Shown here piece by piece: positions 9,234-20,179 of a stretch of 64,000 nt of DNA (its first letter is position 1; each line of letters starts with the position of its first letter). This DNA comes from an uncultured delta proteobacterium. Its GTDB lineage: Bacteria; Desulfobacterota; Binatia; UBA9968. The notes beneath the pieces were generated by a model. It did not search any database. It was not told where the DNA came from and saw only the letters and a list, made by a program, of their open reading frames with translations. Made by a program: the position numbers and the translations under genes. The stretch is from positions 128,001-192,000 of the forward strand of contig CAWDPO010000023.1 of NCBI GenBank assembly GCA_963804165.1, written 5' to 3'.

Positions 9234-11691
9234 TTAAGCTGCCTTTTCGTAGAGGGCGGATTGGAGTCTCGCGAACAGCGTCCTCAAAGCCTTTCCGTCC
9301 GCCGAATTGTTTCAAGAGTTCGACCGGCGTGCCCATCGTATCGAAGGGCGCGACTTTAAGAATTCGCGGATCGTCGAGCGCGGTCACTCCGTCATCTTGG
9401 TACTTCTGTAGCAGGGCTTCGAGCACGGCGCGAGCCTTCTCCCCATATTTCGTGAAAACATCGCGCTTGCGCACATTCTCGAACACGGTCGCGTCTCGTG
9501 AGCGGCGGCTGGTCGAACGCGACATAGCAGATCAGATCGAAAGGATCGAGGTCTTTGCCGACTTCTTCAGCCAACGGATCGAGCAGCAGCCCTTCGCTCT
9601 TGAGCTCTTCGATGATGACTTCCTTGCGTTCCGCACTTTTCCACTGCGTCAGGAAATCATTGAGGCTGGCGAAACGGTTGCGCAAAGTCTTCTTGGTGTA
9701 ATCGCGCAGGGTCTCTGTGACCAGCTTGCCGTACTCGTCGAGATATTCGATACGCTCGGCGACGATCGTAACCGGATCACCGTGGATGTAATACTTCCGC
9801 AGGCCGCCGTTGCCGGTAGCTATTGAGATATCGGGTTGAGCGCCGTCGACGATCACCTCATCCTCGCCGGGCTCCGGCGGAATCGGCTCGTCTTCGTCTT
9901 TCGCCGGCGGCACATTATCCGGCGGCGTCGACCGGGTCGTTCTCGCCGGGCTCATAAATCTGCACTGGCTCGCCGTCGAACTCGGGATCGGCAAAATGGT
10001 TGGTCGCCTTACGAAAGTCGATGAGCGTGAAGTAATATTTCTTGGTGTCTTCGTGCACTCGGGTGCCGCGGCCGACGATCTGCTTGAACTCCGTCATCGA
10101 CTGAACTTCGCGCTCAAGAACGATGAGACGGCAGGTCTGGGCATCGACACCGGTGGAAAGCAAGCGCGAGGTGGTGACGATCACCGGGTACTTGGCTTCC
10201 GGGTCGATGAAATTACCGATCTCGGCGCAGCCTTCGGCATCATCGCCGGTGATGCGCATGACGTAACGAGAATTCTGCTGGACCAAATCCTGATTTTCGT
10301 TGATTAACGCCTGACGCATGCGGGCGGCGTGCTCGGTATCGACACAGAACACGATTGTCTTCTGGAACCGGTCGCCGCTTTCTTTCAAAAAGTCGCTCAC
10401 TTTTTGCGCTACTCGCTTGGTGCGTTCGTCGATAACCAGCTCCCGGTCGAAGTCTTTTTGGTTATAAATCCGGTCTTCGATCTCGTGGCCGTATTTGTCG
10501 GTCTCGCCACGTTCGGGACGATAGCCCTCGATATCGACGTCGAGATGCACCTTGACGACCTTGTAAGGCGCGAGGAAGCCGTCGCGGATGCCCTCTTTCA
10601 GCGAATAGGTGTAAACCGGTTTGCCGAAATAGTGGATGTTCGAGACGTATTCGGTTTCTTTCGGCGTGGCGGTAAGGCCGATTTGCGTCGCTGAGGAAAA
10701 ATACTCAAGCACTTCGCGCCAGGCTGAGTCCTCCGCTGCGCTACCGCGGTGGCATTCGTCGACGACAATCAAATCGAAGAAGTCGCGGGAAAGTTCCCGG
10801 TACAGTTTCTGGCGCTCTTCCGGACCAGTGATCGCTTGATAAAGGGCCAGGTAGATTCGTAGGACGTATCGATGCGTCGAGTTTTTTGTCGACGGCGGTG
10901 GGGATTTGAATCTCGGTGCCGTCTTCCCGCTCGATCGTCTTCGAGCTGGTGCTGAGCTTGGCCATGGCGCGCCGAAAGGACGAAAGTCGTTGACCATCGT
11001 CTGGTCGACTAGGACATTACGGTCGGCGAGAAAGAGAATCCGCTTCCTACGCCCGGCCTTCCACAGACGCCAGATGATCTGAAACGCCGTGTAGGTTTTG
11101 CCTGTGCCGGTCGCCATAACCAGCAGGATGCGATCTTGGCCTTTGGCGATGGCTTCGATCGTCTTGTTTATAGCGATGCGTTGATAATAACGCGGCTCTT
11201 TGCCGCGTGGCGTCCTCGTAGTATTCCTGGAGAACGACCTCTTCTTGGGCCGGTGCCAGACCTTTCCACTTGCGATACGATTCCCAAAGCCGCGCCGGCG
11301 CGGGAAACGCGTCGAGGGCCAGCTCGGTTTCGGTTTGGCTGCTCTGACCCGTTCGATCGTGGAATAAGAATCCGTCACCGTTCGACGAGAGAACAAAAGG
11401 GATATCGAGCGTCTCAGCGTATTTGATAGCTTGCTGCATCCCGCCGCCGACTGGATAACTGTTGTCCTTGGCCTCGATCAGGGCGATAGGGATGTTCGGC
11501 TTGTAGTAGAGAATGTAGTCGGCGCGCTGAGCTTTGCCGCGCGTAACCAGCTTGCCGCGAACAATAATCCGGCCCCTGGTGAAGCCAACCTCTTCGCGAA
11601 TCTGCCACTGAATGTCCCAACCCGCTTTCACGACGGCAGGCGTAATGAACTTGGTGCAGATATCGCGTTCGCTGAGGTCTTTTTTATTCAT
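9234..11691 (-). CDS. hsdR: Type I R-M restriction subunit (EcoEI/EcoAI-like), several frameshifts
   Basis: ADY..IEAK nuclease motif, [26 protein letters not shown]; C-terminus DPFDLIC...ALYEKAA*. Confidence 0.92.
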
Positions 11692-11880
11692 GAAGGCGCG
11701 GAGGTCGTTTAGCGCGGTCGTGCGGCGCTTTGACGGTCGTACGGGACGTGGCTAAGATTTTTCGTAGTCTACTGGATTCGGCGGGTTTCGGGCAAGGGCG
11801 GGGCCGGAAAGCATAATGGCAAAGGGATGAGGGATAAGAGCCGTGATCGTGGGATCGCGTCGTCGACGTGATTCGTGGGC

Positions 11881-11962
11881 AACTGGCGCGTAGGCGTCGG
11901 AGCAATTGAATGATGCATTCGAACCCATCACTCCAATACTCCAGCACTCCATCGCGCCAGTT
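11881..11962. repeat. Hairpin (AACTGGCGCG/CGCGCCAGTT arms) enclosing tandem degenerate 8-mers CATCACTC/CAATACTC/CAGCACTC
   Basis: Directly visible in the sequence. Confidence 0.55.
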
Positions 11963-11964
11963 TC

Positions 11965-12390
11965 TTAAAAGCCGCAGTCGGCCGGTGTCACGTCCACTGT
12001 GGCGATGTGCTGTTTATTTTTATCGAAATAGGAATAGCGCAGGGTCACGCCTTTTTTGAGAAAATCATCGCGCGTCTCAACCCGGTTGCACGCTTCCTGA
12101 GTCACTTTTTGTTTAACCCCAGCGGCAAACTTGACTGGATCTACCTGCTCGAGCGCATAACTAACGAGCCGATAACTATACACGAGCATGCCCTGGCGGC
12201 CTTCCGCGGGCATGAGTTCGGTTTCTTTATCGATCATGACGGGAATCGACCGATTGATCTCTTCGGCAATCCTGCTCAGATGCTCGGCCGATCGCGGATC
12301 TTCGTTCCGCCGGAAGTAATCCGGCAGCACCCACCAAACCAAATAGGCGACAATCACTCCAGCAGCGATCCACAGAATCGGTTTCATCAT
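11965..12390 (-). CDS. Membrane-anchored PA3611/QSregVF-like protein
   Basis: N-terminal TM helix, INRSIPVMIDKET, YSYRL, C..GVTLRYSY.D and terminal P.DC pattern. Confidence 0.6.
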   Translation of the reverse strand: MMKPILWIAAGVIVAYLVWWVLPDYFRRNEDPRSAEHLSRIAEEINRSIPVMIDKETELMPAEGRQGMLVYSYRLVSYALEQVDPVKFAAGVKQKVTQEACNRVETRDDFLKKGVTLRYSYFDKNKQHIATVDVTPADCGF

Positions 12391-12425
12391 CAGCCGCGTA
12401 GCTTTTTAGCCGTTCTATCGGCGCA

Positions 12426-14138
12426 CTACTGTTTCACCGAGCGTGTCGGCAATTCGATCAGATGCCAAGTCGTGTTGCCTTTTTCCTCGGAAGCGACGAT
12501 CCATTGGCGGGGTAGCTGCGTCACTCGCCGTAGATCGCGTTCCTTGACTAGTAGATAACCACCTTGCCGCCGCGCAAGCAAAGCATCTACAGCCGTTGGC
12601 GTCGGCAATACCGGGATAACTTCGCGGGCCATATAATAGTTGAAGTCATTCATCGTGTCCGCGTAGATATATAACGGCGTAGCGGCCGTTACAATTTTTG
12701 CCACTTGCCGCGAGAACGGCCGCGGCGATTTGAAAGTTTCCAAATAGGGCATGATCCAAATCGAGGCGGAGATCGCAGTGAGGGCCATCATTGCCACGAT
12801 CGATCCGATAACCAATAGCGGTTGGCGACAGCGAACGAATAGGACAGCGCCAATTCCACTCATGAAAAACACGACACTCGCGGGAAGGATTAACGCGAAC
12901 GCATTGGCCCGAATGAACCAGGCAACCGGCGGCAGGCCGAGGCCGGCAACTGCAATAATGCCGAAGAACAAGATCGCCAGCCATCGGTAAACGGCCGATT
13001 GTACGAGTTTACCGCTGGCGAGGTCGTCAAAGAACTTTCCGACGAATAGGGCCAGGATCGGCATCAGCGGCAGCAGGTACAGATCGCGTTTCGTGTCGGA
13101 AATAGAAAAAAATAGAAACACAACGACAAACCAAAGGAGAAAAAATTGCACGACCGGATCCGGCCATCTGTAGCGATAGGGCCGATACGCAAACAGAGCG
13201 GGAATGAGGAACACCGTCCAGGGCAGAAAATCCACAGGCAGCGTTGTGAGGTAGTAGTAGAAAGGTTGGCGATGGCCGGCGCCGGCGGCGTAGCGCTGAA
13301 CATGATGGATATAGATAAAGTCGGCGAGCCATTTTCCGTCGGTGGCTTGAGTGACTGCGTAATACCAGGGAAACACGATCAGAAAAAACAGCGGAAGACC
13401 GAGGTGCAATCGCGCGCCAACGATCAGCCGCCAATCGCGTCGAAGCAGCACGAACGCGGCAAACAAGAGTCCTGGCAAGACGACACCGATCAGCCCTTTC
13501 GATAATGTCGCCAGCGCCATGAAGACGTAGGCCGGCAATATCGCGTAGCGTCCGCTCTGGCGCAACAGCGCACGCACGCCGAAATAAACGCTAAACATGA
13601 AGAAAGCGCAAAAAATCATATCGATATGCGCCCAGCGCGCTTCCCAGATCACCCGCATACTGGTCGCAAGGACGGCGGCGCCGATCAATCCGGTCCGAGC
13701 GTTGAAGAAATCTCGGCCCATCAGATAGGTTGCGAGGACGAAGCCCACACCGCCCACGGCAGCGGGCAGTCGCACGGTCCATTCGTTCACTGCACCGAAA
13801 ACTTTGGCCCCGAGCAGCACCAGCCAGAAGAAGAGGATCGGTTTATCGGCATAGAGATCGCCGTTGACCGTCGGCACGATCCATTCGCTCCTGACGAACA
13901 TCACCCGCGCGATTTCCGCGTATCGCGGCTCCACCGGCGCCCAAAAATCGCGCGCGCCTAAACCGGGAAAATAGAGCACGGCACAGAGAAAGCAGAGAAG
14001 TAAAATATGAGAACTCTTCTCGTGTGAGCTCAGAGGGATAGACGGAAAGAACATCGCAGCTGAAATCGCAGGGACTAAGAACTTATACCTGATCGATCCT
14101 GGAAGACCAACGCCGAGCACAAGCGTAATCAATACCAA
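12426..14138 (-). CDS. ArnT/GT83 (PMT_2)-type membrane glycosyltransferase; true start probably further downstream
   Basis: EPRYAEIAR, DKPILFFW, RLPAA, KGLIG, H.QPFYYY, KRDLYLLP; multiple TM helices. Confidence 0.88.
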   Translation of the reverse strand: MVLITLVLGVGLPGSIRYKFLVPAISAAMFFPSIPLSSHEKSSHILLLCFLCAVLYFPGLGARDFWAPVEPRYAEIARVMFVRSEWIVPTVNGDLYADKPILFFWLVLLGAKVFGAVNEWTVRLPAAVGGVGFVLATYLMGRDFFNARTGLIGAAVLATSMRVIWEARWAHIDMIFCAFFMFSVYFGVRALLRQSGRYAILPAYVFMALATLSKGLIGVVLPGLLFAAFVLLRRDWRLIVGARLHLGLPLFFLIVFPWYYAVTQATDGKWLADFIYIHHVQRYAAGAGHRQPFYYYLTTLPVDFLPWTVFLIPALFAYRPYRYRWPDPVVQFFLLWFVVVFLFFSISDTKRDLYLLPLMPILALFVGKFFDDLASGKLVQSAVYRWLAILFFGIIAVAGLGLPPVAWFIRANAFALILPASVVFFMSGIGAVLFVRCRQPLLVIGSIVAMMALTAISASIWIMPYLETFKSPRPFSRQVAKIVTAATPLYIYADTMNDFNYYMAREVIPVLPTPTAVDALLARRQGGYLLVKERDLRRVTQLPRQWIVASEEKGNTTWHLIELPTRSVKQ

Positions 14139-14287
14139 GAGGGTTGTGGAAAACGTCGATCCACGTCATGAGTTTTTCATTCCTACGTTGCCCGCGCCCG
14201 CGTTCGGCGCGCTGGCGGCCCCGGTCATACGCGCACCACCTGCCGTTTTGCCGGCGCATCGGGCCTGTCTGCGCGCTCCGCCGCGCC

Positions 14288-14500
14288 CATGGGAAGGCCG
14301 AAGCCTTGGATCTGCCGAGTTATCGCGAGCAATCGCCTGAGGTCGCAGCGCGTTTCCAACGCCTGCGCGAACGGCCGGTGATTCTCGAAGTGCGCGATGT
14401 CATCAAGAATTTCGATACGCCTCAAGGGCAGCTACTCGCTCTCGACCGCGTGAGCTTCAAGACTCATCGGCGCGAGTTTCTTTGCGTCATCGGTACTTGA
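14288..14500 (+). pseudogene. N-terminal fragment of a nitrate/sulfonate-type ABC ATPase
   Basis: ILEVRDVIKNF...ALDRVSF...EFLCVIG* stops exactly where Walker A should begin. Confidence 0.65.
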
Positions 14501-14672
14501 TCACCACGCAGTGCCGGAAACGAGTCGATCAACAAAGATACTTGCGTTCCCTTGATCGACCGCAACGACCAAAATCACTTCTCGGCAAGCCCTGCTTGCC
14601 ACAACGTGCCGAACACGAAAAAACAATTTAGAAAAAATCTTGATCGAGAATCGGAAAGGATCGCTCTGGCGG

Positions 14673-14709
14673 AAAAAAAACGGGGAACGGATGAATTCCG
14701 TTCCCCGTT
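14673..14709 (-). terminator. Rho-independent terminator of the porin gene
   Basis: CGGGGAACGG/CCGTTCCCCG stem followed by a T8 run on the minus strand, 20 bp after the stop codon. Confidence 0.85.
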
Positions 14710-14729
14710 AGCCTGTGCGTACCGAATAA

Positions 14730-15950
14730 TTAATAGGTATAAATCAACTGCATAGCCAACGTCGTCTGATTGCTGTCCGCGTTCGAGCTGCCGCGTTTGT
14801 ACATGTTCCGGTCGGACCAGTCCTGGCGGACTTCCGCGCGGCCCAACAGCATCTTGGTAAACTTGTAGGAGCCGGTCAAAGTCACTTCGCCGAGCGTCGC
14901 GTTCGCGTGAGTACCGAACGGTTCGCCGAGCAGTCGCGCGCCATCCCGGTCATTGAAAACCTCGGCCCTCAGAGCTGTGTTAAAGCGCTCGGTCCAGTTG
15001 TACGAGGCGATTGCCGCAAAGCCCTGCCAGACCGCATCTCTAGTTCCACCCAGTGAAGCATTGTCTTCATGACCGTAGGTATATTCGAGATATAACGCGA
15101 GCGGATCGATCGGCTTGATCGTGAGCACGTTGGAGATGGCAAATCGTTTCGGAGCGCCACTTCTCTGCTCCGCGCCGTAAATCATATTGGTCGCCAATGT
15201 GACGGTATCCATCGGGGTCAGCGTAAACCCGCCCATGAACGATGGCTGGTGGTTATTATCATGGGGATTATCCCAGCCGGTCACTATGCCGAAATTTACA
15301 TTGACCATCTTGTGCGCTTGATAGTTGGCCAACACGCCCAAATGGCGCAACGGGATGGACCAGTTAAAGAGGAATGAGCGTGAGATGTTGTCGTTGTACG
15401 CGCCCGGATTGTACAAAATTTCGGTTCCCAATGTCGTCACAAACAGACCGCCTTTGAGACCGATACCTTCGCCGACGGGAATCGTCGTGGTCAGATAGGC
15501 CTCACGCAGTTCTGCCGAAGGTTCTCTGTGCAAAGACTTACCCCAAAGCGTGACCTCGCGCAGCAGTTCGCCGGTTCGCCCGAAGTCGCCCGAGACGCGA
15601 AAGCCGACTCCCCAATCCTTTTCCGGTTTTTCCACGAATATATGAAAGTCGTTGAAGACTATCTTATTGTGGTCTTTATCGAAATACCTCTGGCTAATAT
15701 CACTGGGACTGCGCGGGTGGTTCGAGCTCCAAGTATAACTCGTGTCTAGATAACCCCCTAGAGTAATACCCAAAGCTTTTTCCAAAGCACCCTTGCCATT
15801 TGCGATGGCATTATCAAGCGGACCGACGCAACAGTCCAAGCTCAGCCAGCCCGGCGCCAGCGGCTTCTCTTCCTCGGCAGCGTTAACGGCTCCAGCCGCC
15901 AGGAAAAATAATCCCAGCATCAGAACCAAAGTTGCTAGTTTTTGTCTCAT
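14730..15950 (-). CDS. Outer-membrane beta-barrel porin (BBP2/OmpL-like, DUF1597)
   Basis: AAGGAGG RBS, signal peptide, GGYLDTSY, ELREAY, G.F.T.LG.E, ND N.SRSFLF, RAEVR.D, terminal aromatic residue. Confidence 0.85.
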   Translation of the reverse strand: MRQKLATLVLMLGLFFLAAGAVNAAEEEKPLAPGWLSLDCCVGPLDNAIANGKGALEKALGITLGGYLDTSYTWSSNHPRSPSDISQRYFDKDHNKIVFNDFHIFVEKPEKDWGVGFRVSGDFGRTGELLREVTLWGKSLHREPSAELREAYLTTTIPVGEGIGLKGGLFVTTLGTEILYNPGAYNDNISRSFLFNWSIPLRHLGVLANYQAHKMVNVNFGIVTGWDNPHDNNHQPSFMGGFTLTPMDTVTLATNMIYGAEQRSGAPKRFAISNVLTIKPIDPLALYLEYTYGHEDNASLGGTRDAVWQGFAAIASYNWTERFNTALRAEVFNDRDGARLLGEPFGTHANATLGEVTLTGSYKFTKMLLGRAEVRQDWSDRNMYKRGSSNADSNQTTLAMQLIYTY

Positions 15951-16026
15951 CAAAGTGTCCTCCTTAACACTAGGTCGCGACATTAGCAGATTATTAAAAC
16001 TCTATGAACAGGTCTGCAGGAATTTC

Positions 16027-16042
16027 AGCAATAAAAATGCCA
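16027..16042 (-). promoter_or_regulatory. sigma-54 (-24/-12) promoter of the porin gene
   Basis: TGGCATTTTTATTGCT = GG-N10-GC; IHF-like TATCAAGTGTTTA just upstream. Confidence 0.75.
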
Positions 16043-16125
16043 TTCCGCAACCGCTGAGGAGAAATAATAAACACTTGATATCAAAGAAAATTTTTTAACG
16101 GCGAAAAGCCGGAAAATATGACTTA

Positions 16126-16163
16126 TGCCTAATTACTAATCAGCCGTGGCGCTTTTCTGGGCA
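16126..16163. promoter_or_regulatory. Paired NtrC-like enhancer boxes
   Basis: TGCCTAATTACTAATCA and TGGCGCTTTTCTGGGCA, 21 bp apart. Confidence 0.5.
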
Positions 16164-16188
16164 GAGCGCGCCAAAAGACGCCAATCCC

Positions 16189-16995
16189 TCAAATATTCGG
16201 TGGAGATTTGCACGAATTGAAGCTGAACAAGGCCGGCAACTCTTCAATCGCCTGTTCGAACCAAGTCAATTCTCTCGCGAGCCGCACGACGTTGCCAACG
16301 ACGATCAGCGTCGGCGATGGAAAGCCAAGCTCGCTGGCCAATGCGACAATAGTTCCGACCGTGCCAATGGCGGTTTTCTGGGACGTGAGCGTACCCTGTT
16401 GGATCAGCGCGACCGGTCGTTCCGGTTCGCAACCCCCGTCTAATAGTGCGCCCATGATCGCTCGAAGATTATGGAGGCCCATAAAGATAACCAACGTATC
16501 GGCGCATTGCGCCAGCATTCCCCAGTTTATCTCGCCTCCCACCGCCTTATGACCTGTCACCAAAACAACGCTCGACGCGCAGCAACGGTGCGTCAAGGGA
16601 ATTCCCGCGTACGCGGGAACCGCGACCGCTGCGCTAACGCCGGGAACGATCTCAAAGGCGATGCCGGCGTTGCGCAGGGCTTGAGCCTCCTCGCCGCCTC
16701 GCCCAAAGACAAATGGATCGCCGCCCTTGAGCCGAACAACGTTCTTGCCCTGCCGTGCGAGATCGATGAGCTGCGCTTCGATCGCCCCTTGCTCAGCGCA
16801 GCGCGCGCCGGCGCGTTTTCCGACGTAGCGCAATTCGCAACTCGTGCGCGCGTAAGCCAACAGAGCCGTGTTAACGAGCTCATCGTAAAGAATGACATCG
16901 GCGGCTTCGAGGCAACGCTTGCCCTTGAGCGTGAGCAGCTCAACATCGCCCGGCCCGCCGCCGACTAAAAACACTTTGCCGACTCGCGTCGCCAT
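16189..16995 (-). CDS. cobA: Uroporphyrinogen-III C-methyltransferase (siroheme synthesis)
   Basis: GKVFLVGGGPGD.ELLTLK, VVRLKGGDPFVFGRGGEE, VPGVSAA, GIPLTHR. Confidence 0.93.
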   Translation of the reverse strand: MATRVGKVFLVGGGPGDVELLTLKGKRCLEAADVILYDELVNTALLAYARTSCELRYVGKRAGARCAEQGAIEAQLIDLARQGKNVVRLKGGDPFVFGRGGEEAQALRNAGIAFEIVPGVSAAVAVPAYAGIPLTHRCCASSVVLVTGHKAVGGEINWGMLAQCADTLVIFMGLHNLRAIMGALLDGGCEPERPVALIQQGTLTSQKTAIGTVGTIVALASELGFPSPTLIVVGNVVRLARELTWFEQAIEELPALFSFNSCKSPPNI

Positions 16996-17009
16996 CCTTG
17001 GATTGCCTG

Positions 17010-19162
17010 TCAGTTGTCCTCGAGCGGAAAATCGGTAACCTTGCGCACTCGCACAGCGCACGCTTTGAGCTCCGGCTGGCGCGAAATCGGATCGCGCGCG
17101 CTGATGGTGAGATTATTAGCTGCTTTGAAAAAGCCTTCGTCTCGGCCCCAGTGAAACGGCAGAAAACAAGTGCCCTGGACAATTTCTTCAGTGACTCTGG
17201 CCTGCGCCATCACTTTGCCGCGCCGTGAAATGACCTCGACGAAATCGGCGTCTTGAATATGATAGCCGCGCGCGTCGTTGCGATTGATTTCCAGTATCGG
17301 CTCCGGCGCGCTTCGTCGCAGGCTCGCGTTTTTTCCCGTCCGCGTCATGGTGTGCCAGTGATGCTTTACGCGTCCCGTGGTCAGAATCAGCGGATATTTC
17401 TTTGTCCGGGCTCTCACGCGGAGGTCTGATGCTCGACCACGATGAAGACAGCTTTGCCGTCGGCGGTCGGGAAGCGCCCGTTTTCATACAACCTCGAGGT
17501 CGCCGCGGTTTTGGTTCTTGGATACGGCCATTGAACCGGTCCTTGGCTCTTGAGCCGATCATAGCTGGCGCCCGAGATATCGCACAAAGTTCCCTCGGTG
17601 AGCGCCGCGAATTCGGCGAAGATTTCTTCCGCCGACGGGTACATGAAATTGGCACCGTAACCCAGCGCGTAGGCGAACAGGGAAATAATTTTCCAATCCG
17701 GCAGCGCCTCGCCGGGTGGCTCGGCGAGCTTTGGCATATAAGTGACGCGCCGTTCGGAGTTGGTCATCACGCCTTCTTTTTCGCTCCACTGGGCAGCCGG
17801 CAAAACGACGTGCGCGAAACGGCTCGTCGCTGTCGGATGATAGGCGTCCTGGACCACCACGAGCTCCGCTTGGCGTAGCGCTTTCTCGATCATATCGATG
17901 TCGGGCGCAGAAACCGCCGGGTTGGTGCAGAGAATCCAAATCGCCTTCAGCTTCCCCTGCGCCAACGCTTCAAACTGTTCGATCGCCGCAAGCCCAGGCG
18001 CCGCGGCGATACTGCCGCGCGGCACCGCCCAATGCCGCTCGACCTTTTCACGATGCTGCGGATTTTCCACGCTGCGGTAGCCGGGCAACATGTTAGATAA
18101 CCCACCGACTTCCCGACCACCCATCGCGTTGGGTTGGCCGGTCAAAGAAAATGGCCCGGAGCCCGGCTTGCCGATCTTTCCGGTGGCAAGGTGGAGATTG
18201 ATAATCGCATTGTTCTTCTGGACCCCGACGGAGCTCTGATTGATGCCCATGCTCCAGAGCGTAAGCGCGCTGCGCGCCATGCCGAATATCAACGCCGCTT
18301 CGACGATTAGGCACTCGGGCACGCCGCAAATTTCTTCGGCGACCTTCGGCGGATACTGCTTCACGACACTTTCAAGCGCGCGAAAACCGTTGGTGTGCTG
18401 GGCGACAAAGTCGCGGTCGATTAAATTCTCTTCGATCAGAACACAAAGCATGCTGTTGAGCAGCGCGATGTCGGTGCCCGGCCGCAGCGGCAAGTGCAGA
18501 TCGGCAAAGTCGGCGGTTTCCGTGCGGCGGGGATCGACGGCGATCACGGTGACTCTTTTCGGGTCGCTGAGCTTGCGCTTTTTGATCCTTTTGAAGATCA
18601 CCGGGTGGCAGTCTGCCGTGTTGGTGCCAATGAGAAGCAGGCAATTGGCCTCATCGATATCGGCATAAGAGTTCGGCGGGCCATCGGAACCGAGCGAGGT
18701 TTTGTAGCCGGCCACCGCCGAGGCCATGCAAAGGCGCGAGTTGGTGTCGAAGTTATTGGTGCCCAAAAATCCCTTCGCCAATTTGTTGGCGACGTAATAC
18801 TCCTCCGTCGTCAGCTGGCCCGAACCGTAAAAGGCGACCGCGTCCGGGCCGTGCTCGTCGATGATCGAGCGAAACCGCTTCGCCAAATAAGTCATCGCCT
18901 GTTGCCAGGAAACGCGTTTAAACGGCCCGTCCTGACATTGACGTAGTTGAGGATAGACTAACCGATCGTGGCTTTGGATGACTTCCGGCAAAAAGACCGC
19001 TTTGAGGCAGAGATCGCCTAGACTGGATGGATGCTCCGGGTCGCCTTTGATTCTCGCCACGGAGCCGTTGCGAATCCCCGCCAATAGCCCGCAGCCTACG
19101 CCGCAGTAGGGGCAGTACGATTTTTCCCAGCGCTCGATCCTGCTGTTGTGAATTTTTTCCAC
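17010..19162 (-). CDS. narB: Assimilatory nitrate reductase, Mo-bisPGD, NarB/NasA type; one frameshift near 17410
   Basis: CPYCGVGCG...C [4Fe-4S], NSRLCMASA Mo ligand, TGQPNAMGGRE, LTTGR...WHTMTRTG, SRQPELK. Confidence 0.92.
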
Positions 19163-19201
19163 GGCTGGGACTAACCAGTGCGCCCCGACAAGATCGAAAA
19201 A

Positions 19202-20161
19202 CTAAAGCGCCTTCGCCTGCGCCCGGCGCAGATTGTCCGCCGGCGCCTGTGGCTGGCGATATTTTTTTCGAAAACGATTGAAGCCGGTGAATTTCTCGAT
19301 GACGAAAAGCTCCTCCGCCGTCACCGTGGGCGTGGCAACCCCCGTTTGTTTTGCTTGTATTGAAGCATAGGTCTTACTGCCGCTCGGCGCCGCCCGTTCT
19401 TCGAGGAAGCTTAGGAGTTGCTTGCGTGCCTGGTGATATTGGGGATCGTCGATGATCGTCAGGCGGTCGCGCGGTCGCTCAAACGGCACCGTGACGATCT
19501 CGCCGACGGTGGCGGCCGGGCCATTGGTCATGAGCACGATGCGATCAGCGAGTAGTAACGCTTCGTCAACATCGTGGGTCACCATGAGGACGGTCTTCTG
19601 TGTTTCGGCGCAGAGCTGAATCAATTGGTCCTGCAACTCCATGCGCGTCACCACGTCGAGCAAACTAAATGGCTCGTCGAGCAAAAGCACTTTGGGCTCC
19701 AACGCAAAGGCGCGGGCGATGCCGACGCGCTGACGCATGCCGGCGGAGAGTTGGTCAGGGTAACAGTCGGCAACATCGTTCAGCCCCACCGAGGCGAGGA
19801 AAGCATCCGCGCCGGCGTTCCGCTCCTTGTGGGTCTTTCGGTCATTGACCTGCTCCACGGCGAGCAATACGTTTTCGCGCGCCGTGAGCCACGGCAAGAG
19901 CGCGGGGGATTGAAACACCACGCCGCGATCTAATCCCGGGCCGACCACTTCGCGGCCCGCCACGATCACCCCGCCTTCGGTGGCATCGTTGAGGCCCATG
20001 GCGATCGAAAGCACGGTGGATTTGCCGCAGCCCGAGTGGCCGACGATGCACACGAATTCGCCTTCACTGACGCGCAAATTGAAATCCTTGACGATAACGG
20101 AAGGGCCCTGCCCGGTCGCGTAAGTTTTGCCCAGGCTTGTCAATTCGAGGGACGGAATCAT
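19202..20161 (-). CDS. nrtD: Nitrate ABC transporter ATP-binding protein
   Basis: [29 protein letters not shown]. Confidence 0.85.
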   Translation of the reverse strand: MIPSLELTSLGKTYATGQGPSVIVKDFNLRVSEGEFVCIVGHSGCGKSTVLSIAMGLNDATEGGVIVAGREVVGPGLDRGVVFQSPALLPWLTARENVLLAVEQVNDRKTHKERNAGADAFLASVGLNDVADCYPDQLSAGMRQRVGIARAFALEPKVLLLDEPFSLLDVVTRMELQDQLIQLCAETQKTVLMVTHDVDEALLLADRIVLMTNGPAATVGEIVTVPFERPRDRLTIIDDPQYHQARKQLLSFLEERAAPSGSKTYASIQAKQTGVATPTVTAEELFVIEKFTGFNRFRKKYRQPQAPADNLRRAQAKAL

Positions 20162-20179
20162 CGCTAATGGTTTCTCCGT

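Noticed and set aside
7789-9525. 578-aa ORF looking like an HsdR-HsdM fusion
   Set aside because: The N-terminal 99 aa are largely the HsdR tail pushed into the hsdM frame by an indel near 9270; HsdR has its own stop at 9234 and HsdM starts at 9228.
17400-17420. Programmed frameshift or split nitrate reductase
   Set aside because: No slippery heptamer or stimulatory structure seen; same pattern as the many scattered indels.
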